The position numbers and the translations under genes were made by a program. DNA of 64,000 bases from Vicugna vicugna (Eukaryota): NCBI GenBank assembly GCA_013265495.1, contig MU058059.1, forward strand, positions 558,001 through 622,000, written 5' to 3'. The notes below the pieces were generated by a model. It saw only the letters and a list, made by a program, of their open reading frames with translations, had not been told where the DNA came from and did not search any database. How positions within the stretch are numbered: the stretch's first letter is position 1; every line of letters begins with the position of its first letter. Positions 1 to 14,371 of this stretch are shown here, in pieces.

Positions 1-29
1 ACTCCTTGCCACCATGTTGTCTTCTTCTT

Positions 30-490
30 TTCTTTCTTTTTTATAATAGCTATCTTCATGGGCGTGAAGTGATAGCTCATTGTAGTTTTGATTTGCATTT
101 CCCTAATAGTGACCAAAGCTGAGCATTCTTTCATGTGCCTATTGGCCATTCGTATGTCTTCTTTGGAAAATGTCTGTTCAGATCCTTTGCCCATTTTCTG
201 TTGGGTTGTTTACCATTTTGGTGGTGGTGTTTTTGTTGAGTTGTAAGAGTTCTTTATATATTCTGGATATTAATATCTAATTAGATATATAATTTCCAAG
301 TATTTTATCCTTCCCATGGCTTGCCTTTTCACTCCATGGATGGTGTCTTTAGATGCACAAAATTGTTTAATTTTGATAGTCTGATTTATTTATTTTTTCT
401 TTTAGCCTATGCTTTTGGTGTCATCTCCAAGAAATGACTACATATCCAATGTCATGAAGCTTTTGCCCTATGTTCTCTTCTAAGAGTTGA
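30..490 (-). mobile_element. L1 LINE fragment (ORF2 3' region, old L1M-type)
   Basis: Antisense L1 ORF2 hallmarks such as ttttgatttgcatttccctaat, ttggccatt...tcttctttggaaaatgtctgttcagatcctttgcccatttt and tgcttttggtgtcatctccaagaaat. Confidence 0.85.
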
Positions 491-1289
491 ATTGCTTTTT
501 AATTGGCTTGTCTTTAGAGATTTTTTTCTTTGACCTGTTGATCCAAAGAATAAAAATCCTCAATATGGTTTCTAATCTGTACCATAACATTTGAGTTTCT
601 TGGTGATGTCAAAAAGGATATTCATTCAGCTCAATAGTAATTTCAAAAACAACAATTATATTCATTTGCAAAAGAGTTATATATAAGGTGGCCAAAAGAT
701 CCCAAAGAAAACAAACAACCTGATGCACTGGGCTATATAGTTTATGGTACTTCTCACATTATGGGTATGTGTTGTTCACACGTTGCAAGTGGAACACACT
801 GTATGAACTGTATCAAGTCACTGTGGGTTGAGTAGTTGTGAGAAATGAGTTCCATCTGCTCAAGCAGAAAATCTGGGAAGTCATTTATCACTTTTATTCT
901 GTATTCAGTGGATGTGGACCCAATGGAACTAAATTATAGAGATGATATTATACAAACACTTAAATGCTAATGCATCAGGCTACTTAACAAGCTGCTAAAG
1001 GACAGACTATCTGCGTTTTGGATCCAAGAACAAAGAGAAAATGTAAAAGGCCAGTGAAGTTTTTGGTTCTTTATAGCTTTATTTCAAAAAGGTAAAGCAA
1101 TTCACATTCTGGTTTTGAAGGTCCTAGTTTCATCCATAGCGGCAATGATGGAAAAAGGATAAAGAACTTAGGGGCCCGAAGTCACTGTTTAGATCAAGAA
1201 TACTTTGCTGGCTGTAACGGCTATAATGGATATAGTCTGCCTTTATTAAAACTATATTGGTGCTAGAGTGCCAAGACAATTCAAATTGT

Positions 1290-2440
1290 GTTGAAATTTA
1301 GTTCTTTTCAACACATGATGTCTGAGCAACTGGAATATCCACAGGTGAAAGAATGAAAGTGAACCTACACCCAACATTATGAACAAAACCGACTGTGAAT
1401 GAACCAGTTCAGAAGCAGCCAGCTGTTGTTCTCAGAAACAACACCAAAGCCACACTGACAAAAAAAAAAGTAAGTTGGACTTCAACAAAATTAAAACCTT
1501 TTGTGCTTCAAAGGACACCATCAAGAAAGTGAAAATACAAAACACAAAATGAGGGAAAATATTTGCAAACCATACACCTGAGAAGTAATCTGCATTCAGA
1601 ACATGTAAAGAACTATTACATAATAAAAAGGCAACAAACTCCATTTAAAAAATGGGCAAAGGCTCTGAATAGACATTTCTTCAAAAAGATATGCAAATTT
1701 CCAATAAGCACGTGAAAAGATGTTCAATGTAATTAAATGCAAATCCACTGGAATACTGATCCACACCTACGACGATGGCTAGACTCAACAATCAAATACA
1801 ATCAAAGGTTAGTAAGGATGTGGAGAAGCTAGAAACCTCACATGTCACTGGTGAAAATGTAAAATGGTGCAGTTGCTATGGAAAAGAGTTCAGTGGTTCC
1901 TCCAATGAATTAAAACACAGAGTTATCCTATGAAAAATCAACTCCACCTTTAGGCACATACCCAAGAAAAATAAAACATATGTCCACACACAAGTATGCA
2001 TGTGAATGTTCATAGCAGCATTTTCTGTAGCAGCCAAAAAATGGAAATAATGTGGTGTAGCCTTACAATGGAATACTATTCAGCCAATAAAAGGAATGAA
2101 TTACTGATGCATGCTCAAACATGGGTGAACTCTGAAAACATTATGCTGAGTGAATGCCAGTCACAAAAGACCACATATTGTTTGATTACATTTACAGGAG
2201 ATGCCCAGAATGGCCAAATCAATATAGAGAGAAGGTATATTTATGATTGCCTAGGGCTAGGGTCAGGAGGAAGTGAAGGTTATGGAGAGTGACTTTTGGG
2301 TTTAAGGTGATGAAAAGATTCTAAAATTAAATTGTGTTTATGGATGCACAACTGTAAATATATCAAAACAACAAATTATACACCTTAACTAAGTGAACTG
2401 TATGGTATAGGAATTAAGTCTCACTAAAGTTGTTAAAATT
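1290..2440 (+). mobile_element. L1 LINE 3' fragment (ORF2 end + 3'UTR, L1MB/MC-like)
   Basis: ttttcaacacatgatg, aaaatatttgcaaaccata, aatgggcaaaggctctgaatagacatttc, tggaatactattcagccaataaaaggaatgaa; ends ...ctcactaaagttgttaaaa. ORFs 1432-1644 and 1996-2292 are L1-derived. Confidence 0.9.
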
Positions 2441-3436
2441 ATATTGGTGTTCAAAATTTTACTTGGGAATCCTGAAACTGGGGGTAGAGAGGAGGAAAGT
2501 AGGCTGTAAAGTCTGCAACTGAGGAAAAATTCATCCCATCTGAATGGTTTTATTACTATGTTGAGTTTGACAATTAACTGACGTGTGGCTCCTCTTCAAG
2601 GCTTCCATAATATTCATTTACGCCTAGTTAACTGTTATAACCTAAGCACTAGAGATACAAACATGAAAAAGAAAACGCAGACTACCTGCAGTAAGTATGA
2701 CAGAAATAGGGAATCAGCGCATTGGGAGCACAGTGTAGAGGACCTGACTTGGTCCACGTGTGCATACTTGGGAGTTGGGCATAAAGATGAATGCGGTCAT
2801 AGGAACTTCCTGGATGCGTGGATGGAGTTTATGAAGTGGTCAGCAGAGGATGCACACCACAGAACACAGACGATGCAGGAGACCGAAGAGTCAAGGATGA
2901 AATTTTCTTCCTTTAATTCTTATGGGCTTCATGGACTGCTGCTGTTAGATTGATCATTTGTAAGGAAAACAGTATCGTTAACGATGAACAGTGATTTTTT
3001 CTAACCATGTTCACAAAGCCCACATTTGGCCAGAAAACTGGAGGTTTTTACCTTCTTTACCTACACAGAAAAACTTTGTCCCCCATTGAAATATCACAAC
3101 ATATAGCTCTTTTCTCGATCCGTAAGTTGTATGAAAAGAAATCTGAGTTGGATTTCTTCCTTCTTACTTACTAACTACATGTTTTGTGTGATCCTTGGCT
3201 TCCTATAAATTGCATGAAAATGACAACAGTTACTCAATGTGGTTCTGTGAAGATGAAAGGAGAAAACAGCAGAAAAAGTGCTTTGCACCTAGGAGAACTT
3301 CAATACATGGTAGCCAGTATGGCTCTAGTATCCAGAACAAGTAAAATACTAGTTCTAGTTAGTATTTTATAATTACATTTTCTTACATTGAACAGATGAA
3401 AATAAGTTTTAATTTTCCCAAGAGTATTTTAATCTT

Positions 3437-3678
3437 TTTTTAAACATTTTTATTGAGTTATAGTCATTTTACAATGTTGTGTCAAGTTCCAGTGCAGAGC
3501 ACAATTTTTCAGTTATACATGAACATACATATATTCATTGTCGCATTTTTTTTCTGTGAGCTACCACAAGATCTTGTATATATTTCCCTGTGCTATATAC
3601 AGTATAATCTTGTTTACCTATTCTGCATATGCCTGTCAGTATCTACAAATTTTGAAATCCCAGTCTGTTCCTTTCCAC
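3437..3678 (-). mobile_element. Young camelid-type L1 3' end, 5'-truncated, with TSD
   Basis: Exact direct repeat cccaagagtattttaatctt at 3417-3436 and 3679-3698; antisense L1 3'UTR with poly(T) at the left end. Confidence 0.92.
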
Positions 3679-4566
3679 CCCAAGAGTATTTTAATCTTAA
3701 AGCTTTTTCAGCTTAGTGAATGGTACCTAGATCATTCAATAAATCTACTGTTCGCTGACAAATGTAATCAAGGTGAAGAGACAGAAAATCGGTTCTCTGT
3801 TACAATAAAAATGCCAGATCCCAGAGCACACGGACAAAGGCTAAGGAAATGGAAGCCAAACTGGCAAGGGAATCAGGCCATGTATGAATAAGAGAAGACA
3901 AGGCAAAAGCTGCTGATGTAACAGGCAGCCAATCTAGTAGAGTAAAGGTAGAGGGCAGGCTGGACTCTGAGGTCAAGCTCAGTGGCACACAGTCGTCAGG
4001 CACCAGTTAGAAGCCAGGAAATTAGCAGGGACTGAAACAAATTGGCTAGTACTTGCTTCCTAAGATGGAACGAGTACATCTCTTTTAGGTCTGGTTTGCA
4101 GCTCAAAAGGTGGAATACTCTCACTGCGCTTCCACACTGCTTAGACTGACTGATTTGTATAGCCAGGACTGCCATTGTTCAAATGAGATTAAACATATCT
4201 GTGTATCTACATACACACATTCATATGTACATACACACATATACACATGTGACATTTTTGCCACATGCATTGTAAATTTCTTCCATAGTTCAATAGCCTA
4301 AGTGCTCTTTCCTTCCATGTGTGGCTGCTTTTACTAAGACCACGCCTACGTGTTCCTCTCTGTACCATCAGCGGATAGAAAGTTGCCAGATTCTTTTCAT
4401 AGTTCTTGAATGTTGAGCTTTGATGGTTTCTGAAATATCTCCACTAAAAAGTAGAGAACAGCAAAGTGTCAGTTCCCACACTTGACTTTCATTAAGCTTT
4501 CAATGGCTTTTCAAAAAGTTACTCCATGCAGGCAGGTAAAATGCTGTAAAAAAAAATCTAGATATG

Positions 4567-4817
4567 ATGGTTACCAAATGGGAAAGCGTGGGGGAGGGAT
4601 CAATTGGAAGTTTGGGATTAACAGATACACATTACTATATACAAAATTGATAAACAACAGGGACATACTGTATAGCACAGGGAGCTATATTCAATTTCTT
4701 GTGCTAACATAATGGAAAAGAATATGAAAAGAAATTATATGCATGTATATGAATAACTGAATTCCTTTGCTGTACACCTGAAACTAACACAGTAAATCAA
4801 CTACACTTCAATTTTTT
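4567..4817 (+). mobile_element. Cetartiodactyl L1 3' end with TSD
   Basis: TSD aaaaaatctagatatg at 4551-4566 and 4818-4833; typical 3'UTR (tttgggattaacagatacac...ctgtatagcacaggg...tgctgtacacctgaaactaacac). Confidence 0.92.
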
Positions 4818-6029
4818 AAAAAATCTAGATATGCGGACAGAAGGCACCATTATTACTACTAGTACACGTTCCTGCCTGTCCAAAGCATGGTCTTCCCACA
4901 CAGATTCTCCTCTGTCCAGCAGCTTTCTTTCCAAAATAAACAGAATGGTCATTCAGCATCCCTCTACTGAATAGAATTATGTCCTCACAGTGTGATTTTT
5001 CCAGACCTACTTTTAAATTTGCTTCTGAAAAGAAAATCCATCAATTAAATTATTATTATTGTAATTAATAAGCATTTAGTATACCATTTTCAAAAAGAAC
5101 AGACCATAGATAGGTCCTCTGGGTAAAGATTTCACTGAACTTAATGCCAAGGATTGTAACTCACTCACTGTTGCTGACTGGTGAATTCAGAGTAAGAATT
5201 ATAAGACTGGTTATGAGACATCAGGGAGAAATATTATGTGAAAAGAAATAGACGTTTTGGGTGCACTCATTTAAAGTCTACTTTTCTTCTCTGCACAGAG
5301 TAATTTTTTACTATGATTCTAACTTTTTTGGAACATGTTTATTAATGGTTATTTTTTGGGAAAAAAAGTAGTTTATATCAGTCTGTTTATGATCATATGC
5401 AGTACAGTCTTACATATCTCTGACTCTTACCACATTAATGAATTGTTTTAGTCTCATTGCCAAAACAAGTCAGAGCCATGGCAATTTTTTAAAATGGAAC
5501 TAAAGCTTGTATTTTCCCAGTGAGACTTGCTATGCAAACTTCCAGGATTATGGGTCTTGCTTTGCTATTCCTCAGGTGTACTCTACTTGTAATGATCATT
5601 TTTCAAAACATGTAACAGGATTACATTTCAATAAATATCATCTGAGTGCTTGCTGAACAGTGATACCTTAGAGATAAGGAAGAAACATCCGTCTTCAAGA
5701 AGTATGCATTCTTTGTGGAGAGAGAATGCAGATTTCAAACTTTATTCATTACCAGTGGCTATCATGAAAAATAATTCTCTGCTATTTAGTAACAGAAAAA
5801 TATCTTCACAAAAAAAAAAACTAGAGGATAAAGCTTACTGGACCTTAAACTATGTGGTTTCAGACACAATGTAGCCAAATCTAACTCCTCTTCTTGTCAG
5901 CTGGTATTTGCTACTTTTAACCCTCTCCTGACTGCTGATACAAAAAGTCTATTGGATACAAATGTTTATTTTCTTTAGAGCCTAGATACTCCTTCCAAGG
6001 GCAACCTACTAGAGTACCTATTCTTCAGC

Positions 6030-6220
6030 TTATTTGTGTGATGAATTTTCCAAGTACTTTCAGTTTATCTAATTGATCAAGAACTACTCTGTGAGGTACG
6101 ATTCTCCCCACTTAACAGATGAGGAAACTGAGCCAAAGCTACACAGTGACTTGCCCAAGACCTCACAGCCAATCTGTAATGGACACAAGATCAGAGGGCA
6201 CAGCAATGTCTCCTCCCTCT
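6030..6220 (-). mobile_element. MIR SINE
   Basis: Core motif acagatgaggaaactgag...gtgacttgcccaagacctcacagc. Confidence 0.8.
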
Positions 6221-6705
6221 GCCCCGACCAACTGCACACTCTGTGGTCTTAACTGCCTCATTTCACTTCTTGAAAACTCCGCATTTAATATAAGCTGCTA
6301 AAATTTAAAATAATCAAGTGTCTCACATATTCTGTTTGTCATTTGCATTTTTGGCAGTTTGGATAGGAAAAATACCTCTTTTCACTAAAGTGAATGGGAC
6401 TGGCTATATAAAGAAGATTCCATACAGCTGGAAGGGAGGGTCTGAGACGGAGAGAAAGGATTGTTAACAATTTCCTACTCATTTTTATGCCAAAGTTATT
6501 CTGTTGATCTTCATTAATCATCAAGTTTGAATTCTTATGTGAAAGTCTGAACAAAAATTCCTCCACAATGAAAAAACTGTGCAAGCAACTGTAGAGTAAG
6601 AAAAGATAATTTTTTCTCTTCAAATAAAAATAGCTAATATAATGTTTATAATTTTTGAACCCAAATATACTGATTTTCCCCCACAGGAATATTTGTATAT
6701 TTCAA

Positions 6706-6707
<2 letters not shown>

Positions 6708-6736
<29 letters not shown>
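6708..6736. repeat. (TG)n microsatellite
   Basis: Perfect TG dinucleotide run. Confidence 0.95.
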
Positions 6737-6738
<2 letters not shown>

Positions 6739-7366
6739 AAGTACATACATATCTGTTATTTCAAAAATATATATCAAATAAAACAGACTTGCTTGTCACG
6801 AATGCCTCATTCCTATATTTGTCATGACATTCCTTTGAGAAAAGTAAGTACTAATGTAAAGTACAACCTTTACATAATTTGAGCTAACACTTTGAAGGGT
6901 AAGCCACTTAAAATTCAATATAATCCCAAGTGCTTTGGCAAAATTTTTAAAATATCACATTCCTGTGATCGATGCAACTTCCCAGCACTTTCACAAATTA
7001 TTACAGATTTACTAACAGATACTATACGTAAAATACTGAAAAGTGCCACCAGACTATATGAAATGTATACTTTTATTTAAAAAGATGTTATAAGCTGCAT
7101 TTGTTGATTTTTCCCCATGTGTCAAGAAATAGGTCTTTTATTTAAGTCCCTCGTCAAAGAAGGAGCCACAAAGTTCTTTAATCCTTAATGTTGAAAAGAA
7201 CCCAACAGGTAAAAACTTCCGGAATGATGAAATGAGTACCTGAGTGACTCCATGCTTCTGATAAAAGCAAAATCACAGCAAAGGTGTCAATACCATCACT
7301 GTAGAAGGCTAAGAACAGTCACAGGCACAGAGCAAACTGCAAGATGCTTATTCACAAAAAGTGACT

Positions 7367-10300
7367 AAACCCAGTGGGAACAGTTGGGTCCACGGCGGCT
7401 AATTTACAGCGGTGGCTGTTTCCATGTCCCCTCCCTAAGCTCACGGAGCAATAGCCATGGAAAGCTGGCAGCCTCACATCCAACAAAGGAGACTGATCTG
7501 TTTAGAATGTTGTTGAAAGTCATATCTCCAGAGCACAGTCAGTATTTTGGCCAGGCTTGTAGCTCCCTAGAAAAATCCCTGATCCCAGAGTACTGGTCAC
7601 TATTTAATGTGACTCAGAGCTCAGCTCCACAGGGAAAACCTTCGCCCCAAGCCATTATCAGAGCCAACAGCAACACACCGGAATGTCAGTATCACAGCTG
7701 CCTGAGTCTACTTTCAGTTGGGGCAAACAAGAGACTGGCCCAAAATTTAAAAGGAAAATTTAGGAACCAGTCGATCATATTGCACTTTAAAAATCTCTGC
7801 CATGTTCATGGATACCTAGAAGACTGTACATATGCAAAGAGTTCTTGGTATACCCTGAAAGAGCTGGGAAGAGTGGGCCCCAGTTACTCACTTACGGCTG
7901 GTCCCGGCTTGCCCTCTGCAAGCAGGAAGTGGAATACAAGGCTGATTTGTGAAATGCCTGAAATGTGAGGTATCCTTTCACACACAAATCTCCTTGGCAC
8001 AACACTGGATCAAGATATTGAAGGAAATGTTCTAACTGATCATTGGTGGACCATGAAAAAATGATGATCTAGGGAGGAACCCTAGGAATCCAGGCTTAAA
8101 AGTGAAAAAAAAGAAAAAACAATAAAAAGAAGCAAGCAAAGAAATCAGCAGCCGCACCCCAGAGGGAACACATCATCTAAGAGCAACAAGAACAAATACG
8201 GGGGGCAGGCTATGATTCCAAAGTTGCTTCAATATATTTTCCAATATTTTTTATTTTCAACAAGAAATTATAAGAACTGCAAAGATATAGGAAAGTATGG
8301 TCCATCCATGGCGGGGGAGTGGTTGGGATAAAAAGTCAATGAAATATGCCTCTGAGGCAGGTCCAGATGTTGGACTTGGTAGACTAAGTCTATTATTTGA
8401 ATAATTGTGAGAATATTCCAATTTTATGAAAACCATCATCTACACATCCAAGTGTCTAAACAAATTCCAAGTAGGATAAACTCAGAAAGATCCACCTAGG
8501 TAACTCATAATCAAACTGTTAAACGTCAAAGGCAAAACGAAGCAGAGAAAAGTGACTTATCACATACCACAGGCACAGTATGTCAGACTGAAAAGAAAGG
8601 ACCTACATGGTAACTTGTGCCACACAACAAAGGAAAACACTGGTAAAAGTGATTACATATGCAATATAATATAATATAATATACAGCATAACATTTTTAG
8701 ATTCTTTTCTTTTTCCAACTGATTAAAGACACTTGTATAAAACTATAATTATAAAAATGAGTTGATGTCTTTTACATCATTTGCATGACAATAACAGCAC
8801 AAAAGAGAGGGAGAACTGTTAGAGCAGAGCTTCTACTTACTACAGAACTCCGTTAACAGTAACTTCAAGTAGATTTCCTTTACTAAGATATACATTGTAA
8901 TCTCCTGAGCAGCCACTAAGAAAATGACTCAAATCATAGTAAAAAGAAGAGTTTAAAATTTTAAATGGTACACCAGAAAGTATGTATTTGAAGCAAAAAA
9001 TTAGTAATGGAGGAACAGAGGAACAAAAAAAGACATAGAACACAAAATTTCAGATGATGTAAATCCTACCATAGCAGTAACTGCATTAAATGTCAAAGGA
9101 TTAAACACTCCAACTGTAGGCAAAGGCTGTCATACTAAACAAAAAGAGAAAATCTATTACTGTCTGCGAGAGACATACTTTAGACTCTAAGACAAAAAAA
9201 AATTCAAGTAAAAGGCGTAACATAAAGAGAACTGGGATAGTGATACTAATAGCAAGCAAAATAGACTTTAAAATTTAAAAAAAAAGTTACCGTAAACAAA
9301 GAAGGATATTTCATAATGGAAGAAGAGTGAACTCATTCAGCTCTTCCGCATGAGAACAAAGCAAACATGCCTACTCTTTCCATTCCTCTAATATTCTATA
9401 GGAGAATTTAGTCAATGTAATCAGGCAAGAAAGAGATACAGATTGGAAAGGAAAATGTAACACTGTTGTGATTCTCAGACAATACAATTTTGTATACAGA
9501 AAATCATATAAAGAATCTACTCAAAACTACTGGAACTAAAACTCAAAGTCAGTATGGTGGCAAGATACAAGACCAGCACACAGAAATCAAATTTATTTTT
9601 CGCATACTAGCAACGAAAATCTGAATATGAGATAAAGAAAAAGATTTCATTAACAATAGTATCAAGAAGAATAAAATACTCAGCAATGACTTTAACAAAA
9701 GACGTATCATATTTGGACATGTAAACTTTTGAAACATTGATGAAAGAAATTTTTAAAAATTCAACTAGGGACATTCCACGTTCATACTGTGAAGATGATC
9801 ATACTGAAGATAAAAATTCCCCCAAATTTGTCTATAGACTCGATTCAATTCCTAGAAAAGCTTCTTCAGTATTTTGCATTTTTTGCAAAATGATTCACAA
9901 ATTGATATGAAATTGCAAAAGATCAAGAATAACCAAAACTATTTTGGAAAAGAACAAAAGTTGGAGAAATTTCACCTCCCAAATCAAAATTTACTTTAAA
10001 CTACTATTACTTGGACAGTTCTATTGCATACATACAAATGTGAATGTCAGTGGAACAAACCTAAGGGTCAATAAATAAATTCTTATATTTATAATTATTT
10101 GATCTTTCACAAAGGCGCTAATTCATTCAATTTGTCGGGGACTGGACAGCCCTTTCAACAAATGATGGTTGGACAACTGAACATCCATGTGCAAGATGAT
10201 GAATTTAGGCTATTATCACACACCAAACACAAAAATTAACTCAAAGTGGATTATGATTTAAACATAAGAACTAAAAATTAAGAATTTTAGAAAATAATAT

Positions 10301-11171
10301 AGGAGAAAAACGTGAGACCATGGGTTAGGCAAAATTTTGTATATGACACTTAAAGCATGGTCTATAAGACAAGAAACTGATAAACTGGACCTCATAATAA
10401 TAAAAACTTCCACCATTTAAAAGACGCCATTAAGGAAATGAAAAGACAAATAAAAGACTCAGAAGAAATATCTGTAAAACATGTATCTTATACAGGACTG
10501 TGTCCAAAGTATACAAAGTTTTATGCCTTAATAAATAACAGCTCAACTTAAAAAATATGCAAAATATTTGAATCAACATTTCACCCAAGAATATACATGA
10601 ATGGTTAATAAACTTTTGAAAAGATGCTCAACAGAAATAGTCATTAGGGAAATTCAAATTAAAACCACTAGAATGACTATTCAAAAAAAAAAAAAAGACA
10701 GACAGTAATACAGGGTAATGAGGATGTGAAGAAATAGGAACCTTGATACAATAGTGGTGGGACTGTAAAATCATTCAGCCACTTTGGAAATTGTTTAGAA
10801 GTTTCTTTAAAAGTTAAATATAAATTCAGTCTAAGAACCAGCAATTCCACACTTGGATATCTACCCAAGAGTAATGAAAACACATACCCATACAAAGCCT
10901 TTTATACTTTCTTACTTTTACAATATTCTTAGCAGCATTATTCATAACAGCCCAAAAGTAGAAATAACCTAAATTTCCATCAACTACTGAATAGACAAAA
11001 TATGGTATGCCCATATAATGGAATATTATTCAACAATAAAAAGGAAAAGAAAACTATTGATACATGCAATGACATGAATGGACCTCAAAATATACACTGC
11101 TAAGTGAAAAAGTATTATCTTTGAAATGGGTAAACTATGTGATATATAAAATATACTCAATAAAAGTCTTT
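7367..11171 (+). mobile_element. Old, internally deleted long L1 (5' region, ORF1 remnant, ORF2 remnant, 3'UTR)
   Basis: Flanked by aaaaagtgact (7356-7366) and aaaaagtgatt (11172-11182). ORF1-like segment at ~8430-8560, endonuclease-like segment at ~9060-9330, then a jump to the post-RT region at ~9350 and the 3'UTR ending ctcaataaaag. Confidence 0.85.
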
Positions 11172-13311
11172 AAAAAGTGATTCAGCAGGAGACATGCTCT
11201 ATCTTCCTTACTCCTATGAAGCTAACAGGAAGTCTGCCTTGGCCCTGAGCAGAGTAGCAGGGTGAACACAACCTCAAGAACTGTAACCTTAAGAAGGTTC
11301 ACAAATGGATATTAGCCAACTCTGTGCTTGTAATAAATAATTCTTAAGCAATAAATCAATTTCAAAATTGTTCCTAATACTTTCCCATATTTATCTGAAG
11401 AGATTAAAAGTGTGACAATATCCTGGATGATTACAACTCTGGACACAGCTTATTTTTCTCTATTGCTGAAAGCTTAAAAGTGAAGTGAACTTAAATTCAG
11501 TTCCAGTTTCCTAGAAGCTCACAAATTACAACAGGCAATGTTCACAAATAACATATGTATTTTTTAACTATTTCCCAAGCAAATTCTCGTAGTTTAAGTC
11601 ACAGAGTTGTCATCCCCTTTCAACATGGTCTGCGGGAAAGAGCTCCCAACTGAGGCAAAACAATGACCCTGTAAGACTCTCCTCCTTATTGGGTATTCTT
11701 TCATCTCTAAGAACTAACTTCACACAGGAGCAGCATTTTATTTACCCAACTGACAATTACATGTGATAAAATACGGAAAAGATCACCATCCCTAAGTTGC
11801 TGTGAAGGAATAAAATAGCAAAAATCCAGTAAACTCCTTTTTTGTGGAATTTAATAGGGAAGAAGAACAGTAGGAAGGGAGGGAGTTTAGGGGGAAACAG
11901 GGGGTGAAGGAAGAGCCAAGTTCACGGAGAGCATCTGAACATAACTTAAAAACCATGTTCTTCAAGGTTAATTGAAATACAAACAGGAAATATCTATTAG
12001 ACTGAGACTGCTTGCAGTTAGTACCCGAATCTGATCCATCTTTTTATTTCCTGGACTGCCTAGTATAGTATTTTACATGCTGTAGTGCTCAATCTTAAGT
12101 TTTCCAGAAAACAAAGCTCGTGTTTTACTTGGGAAGTACAAGCTTAAGGCCTGAGCTCTATCTTAAGTCTTTATTTCTAAAAATTTGAAGATGAATGGGT
12201 TTCCAACACATGCAACAGGGTCCCAGCTGCACTGCTCACCACCAGTCTTCTGATCTAACTTTCAATTCCACAACCCCGCAAAGCCCACAAACCTAATTGC
12301 TCCCACACAATTCCAATAATAATGTTCCATTGTTTAAATTGTCCTTCTATCTCCCAAGTTTCTGCACGGTTTTATGGTTTTTGCCTCTTCTCTTGACCCA
12401 TTTACTTCCTACACAATTGGCCTCAGTGCCTCAGTTTCTGAACACTGCACCTGCTACCTCACTCAATTCACCTAACAAATTCAACAAGGTTTTTTTTCCC
12501 CCACAGTTAAAGCAAAAGAGGAGTTATGATCAGCACTGAGAGATTTAGTTTGTGTGTAGGAAAAAAAGATAATGTTTTTGCCAATACCGTTGCTATGCAA
12601 CCACTGTAATATGACAACGAGCACTAAAATGAAACGTAAATGTAAGTGGAGGATGGTTTTAAAAGAATGTGGTTGAAGACTGGTAATCAAAGCCAGCACT
12701 GTTGGAACTTCCTAAAAAGAATGAGCTGGAGAGGAAGTCAAGGGCTTCATAAGAGTTTACAGAGTTTGTATTTTTACAAAGGAAGCCCAAGTACAGACCC
12801 ATGGGGTTGTTCCTTAAATTCTATAATTATCTCAGGCCGTGCATCTAGAATGCACAACTAATTATGATTAAAGCACTAATGGGCCACCTACACCAGTTAT
12901 GATGCAAAAGAGACACATCACCATTAAGACTGCTTCAACATTTAAACTGTAGCTGAAATAGAAGCCACATTTTTATAATGGAGACAACATGATCACAAAG
13001 ATGACTGGAAACATGAATGCTACAGTTCCTCTATGAAACAGCATAAAACCCAATCATTTGAATATTTGAGGAACATTTAAGAAAAATAATGTATTATTTT
13101 AATAAATGTTCCAAAATCTAATAATGGAATCAAGCATTACAGAAAATAAGGTATTTCTTGGGATATTTTCTGCGTATGAGACAAAGCATTCTCTATGACT
13201 CTTGCAATTTTTTCCCCTTTTTTGTAGGGTGCCAAAATGTAGCCATAAAATTCACATCTAAATGAAGACCTTCTGCTTCTTTCTCTAGGAAGATGACAGT
13301 AATTACGGGTC

Positions 13312-13789
13312 TGTATTAGTCAAGGTTTCCTAAAGAAACAGAACCAGTAGGATGTACATCTCTAGAGAGAAAATTCATTGTTACAAGGAATTGACTCATG
13401 ACGTCATAGAGGCTGGCAAGTCCCGAGATCCCCAGGATGAGTCAGCAAGCTAACTGGATGGTCAAGTTCCAGTCTGGAAGCTGGCACCCTAAACACCCAA
13501 AAAGGGCCGATGTTTCAGCTCAAGTCCAAAGGCTGAAAAGGACCAATCCTCCACCCAAGCAGTCAGGCAGGGGATGGCCCCTCCTATTCAGACTTTCTGT
13601 TCTACACAGACCTTCAACTGATTGGCTGAGGCAATTCACAGGAGGAAGAGTAATCTGCTTTACTCAGTCTACTGCTTCAAATATTAGTTTCATCCAAAGA
13701 TACCCCCAGAAACACCCAGAATAGCATTTGGCCAAATATCTGGGCACCCTATGGCCCAGTCAATTTGACACATAAAATTAATCATCTCA
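13312..13789 (-). mobile_element. MLT2-type (ERVL) solo LTR
   Basis: tgtattagtcaaggtttcctaaagaaacagaaccagtagg ... ccaaatatctgggcaccctatggcccagtcaatttgacacataaaattaatcatctca, the reverse complement of the MLT2 5' end. Confidence 0.85.
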
Positions 13790-14371
13790 GGGGCCTTGTC
13801 TGAAATGTTCCCTCTGTATTTCAAGGGTCCCACAATCTGACCTCAGTTTAATTTACTTACTGTTTCACATGAAATGTTGGTGTACATGAGGCTTCTTGCT
13901 TTTGGTTATCTGGTTCTGATCAACTCTCTCTATGAACATGCTCACACTACCATGCCTCTGATAAAATTAGCCCCTGTACTAAGAATGCCTTCCCTCTCTT
14001 TGTCTATCCACATCTCATTTAAGTTCAGCATCCTGGCTCCACTGTCATCTCCAGGAAGCTTTCTTGGACCCTTTCAGCTTTCACATGACTCTCCTCCCTC
14101 TGAACTCGTATCCAGTAAAAACTGCAAAGGAGGGAGGGAGTCCCTAGCGTGATAGGCTGAACACAAGGAGAGAACATTTTCTGCCGACTCTCTGGAATAC
14201 AGGATGGTGCTCGATCCATAAGATCTACCTATTACAAGCTTGCAGACTGACTGGCTGGCTTCTCCATTAATCTTTACCAAAGCTAACCTTGAACCCACTT
14301 TGGGAGTATCTCTTAAAAAAAAAAACCCACAATATTTTCTATTTAAGCTCACCATCTTAATATACACAGTT

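Noticed and set aside
7384..7968. Longest ORF in the track (194 aa)
   Set aside because: It lies inside the 5' region of the TSD-bounded old L1, has a non-ATG start and shows no recognisable domain
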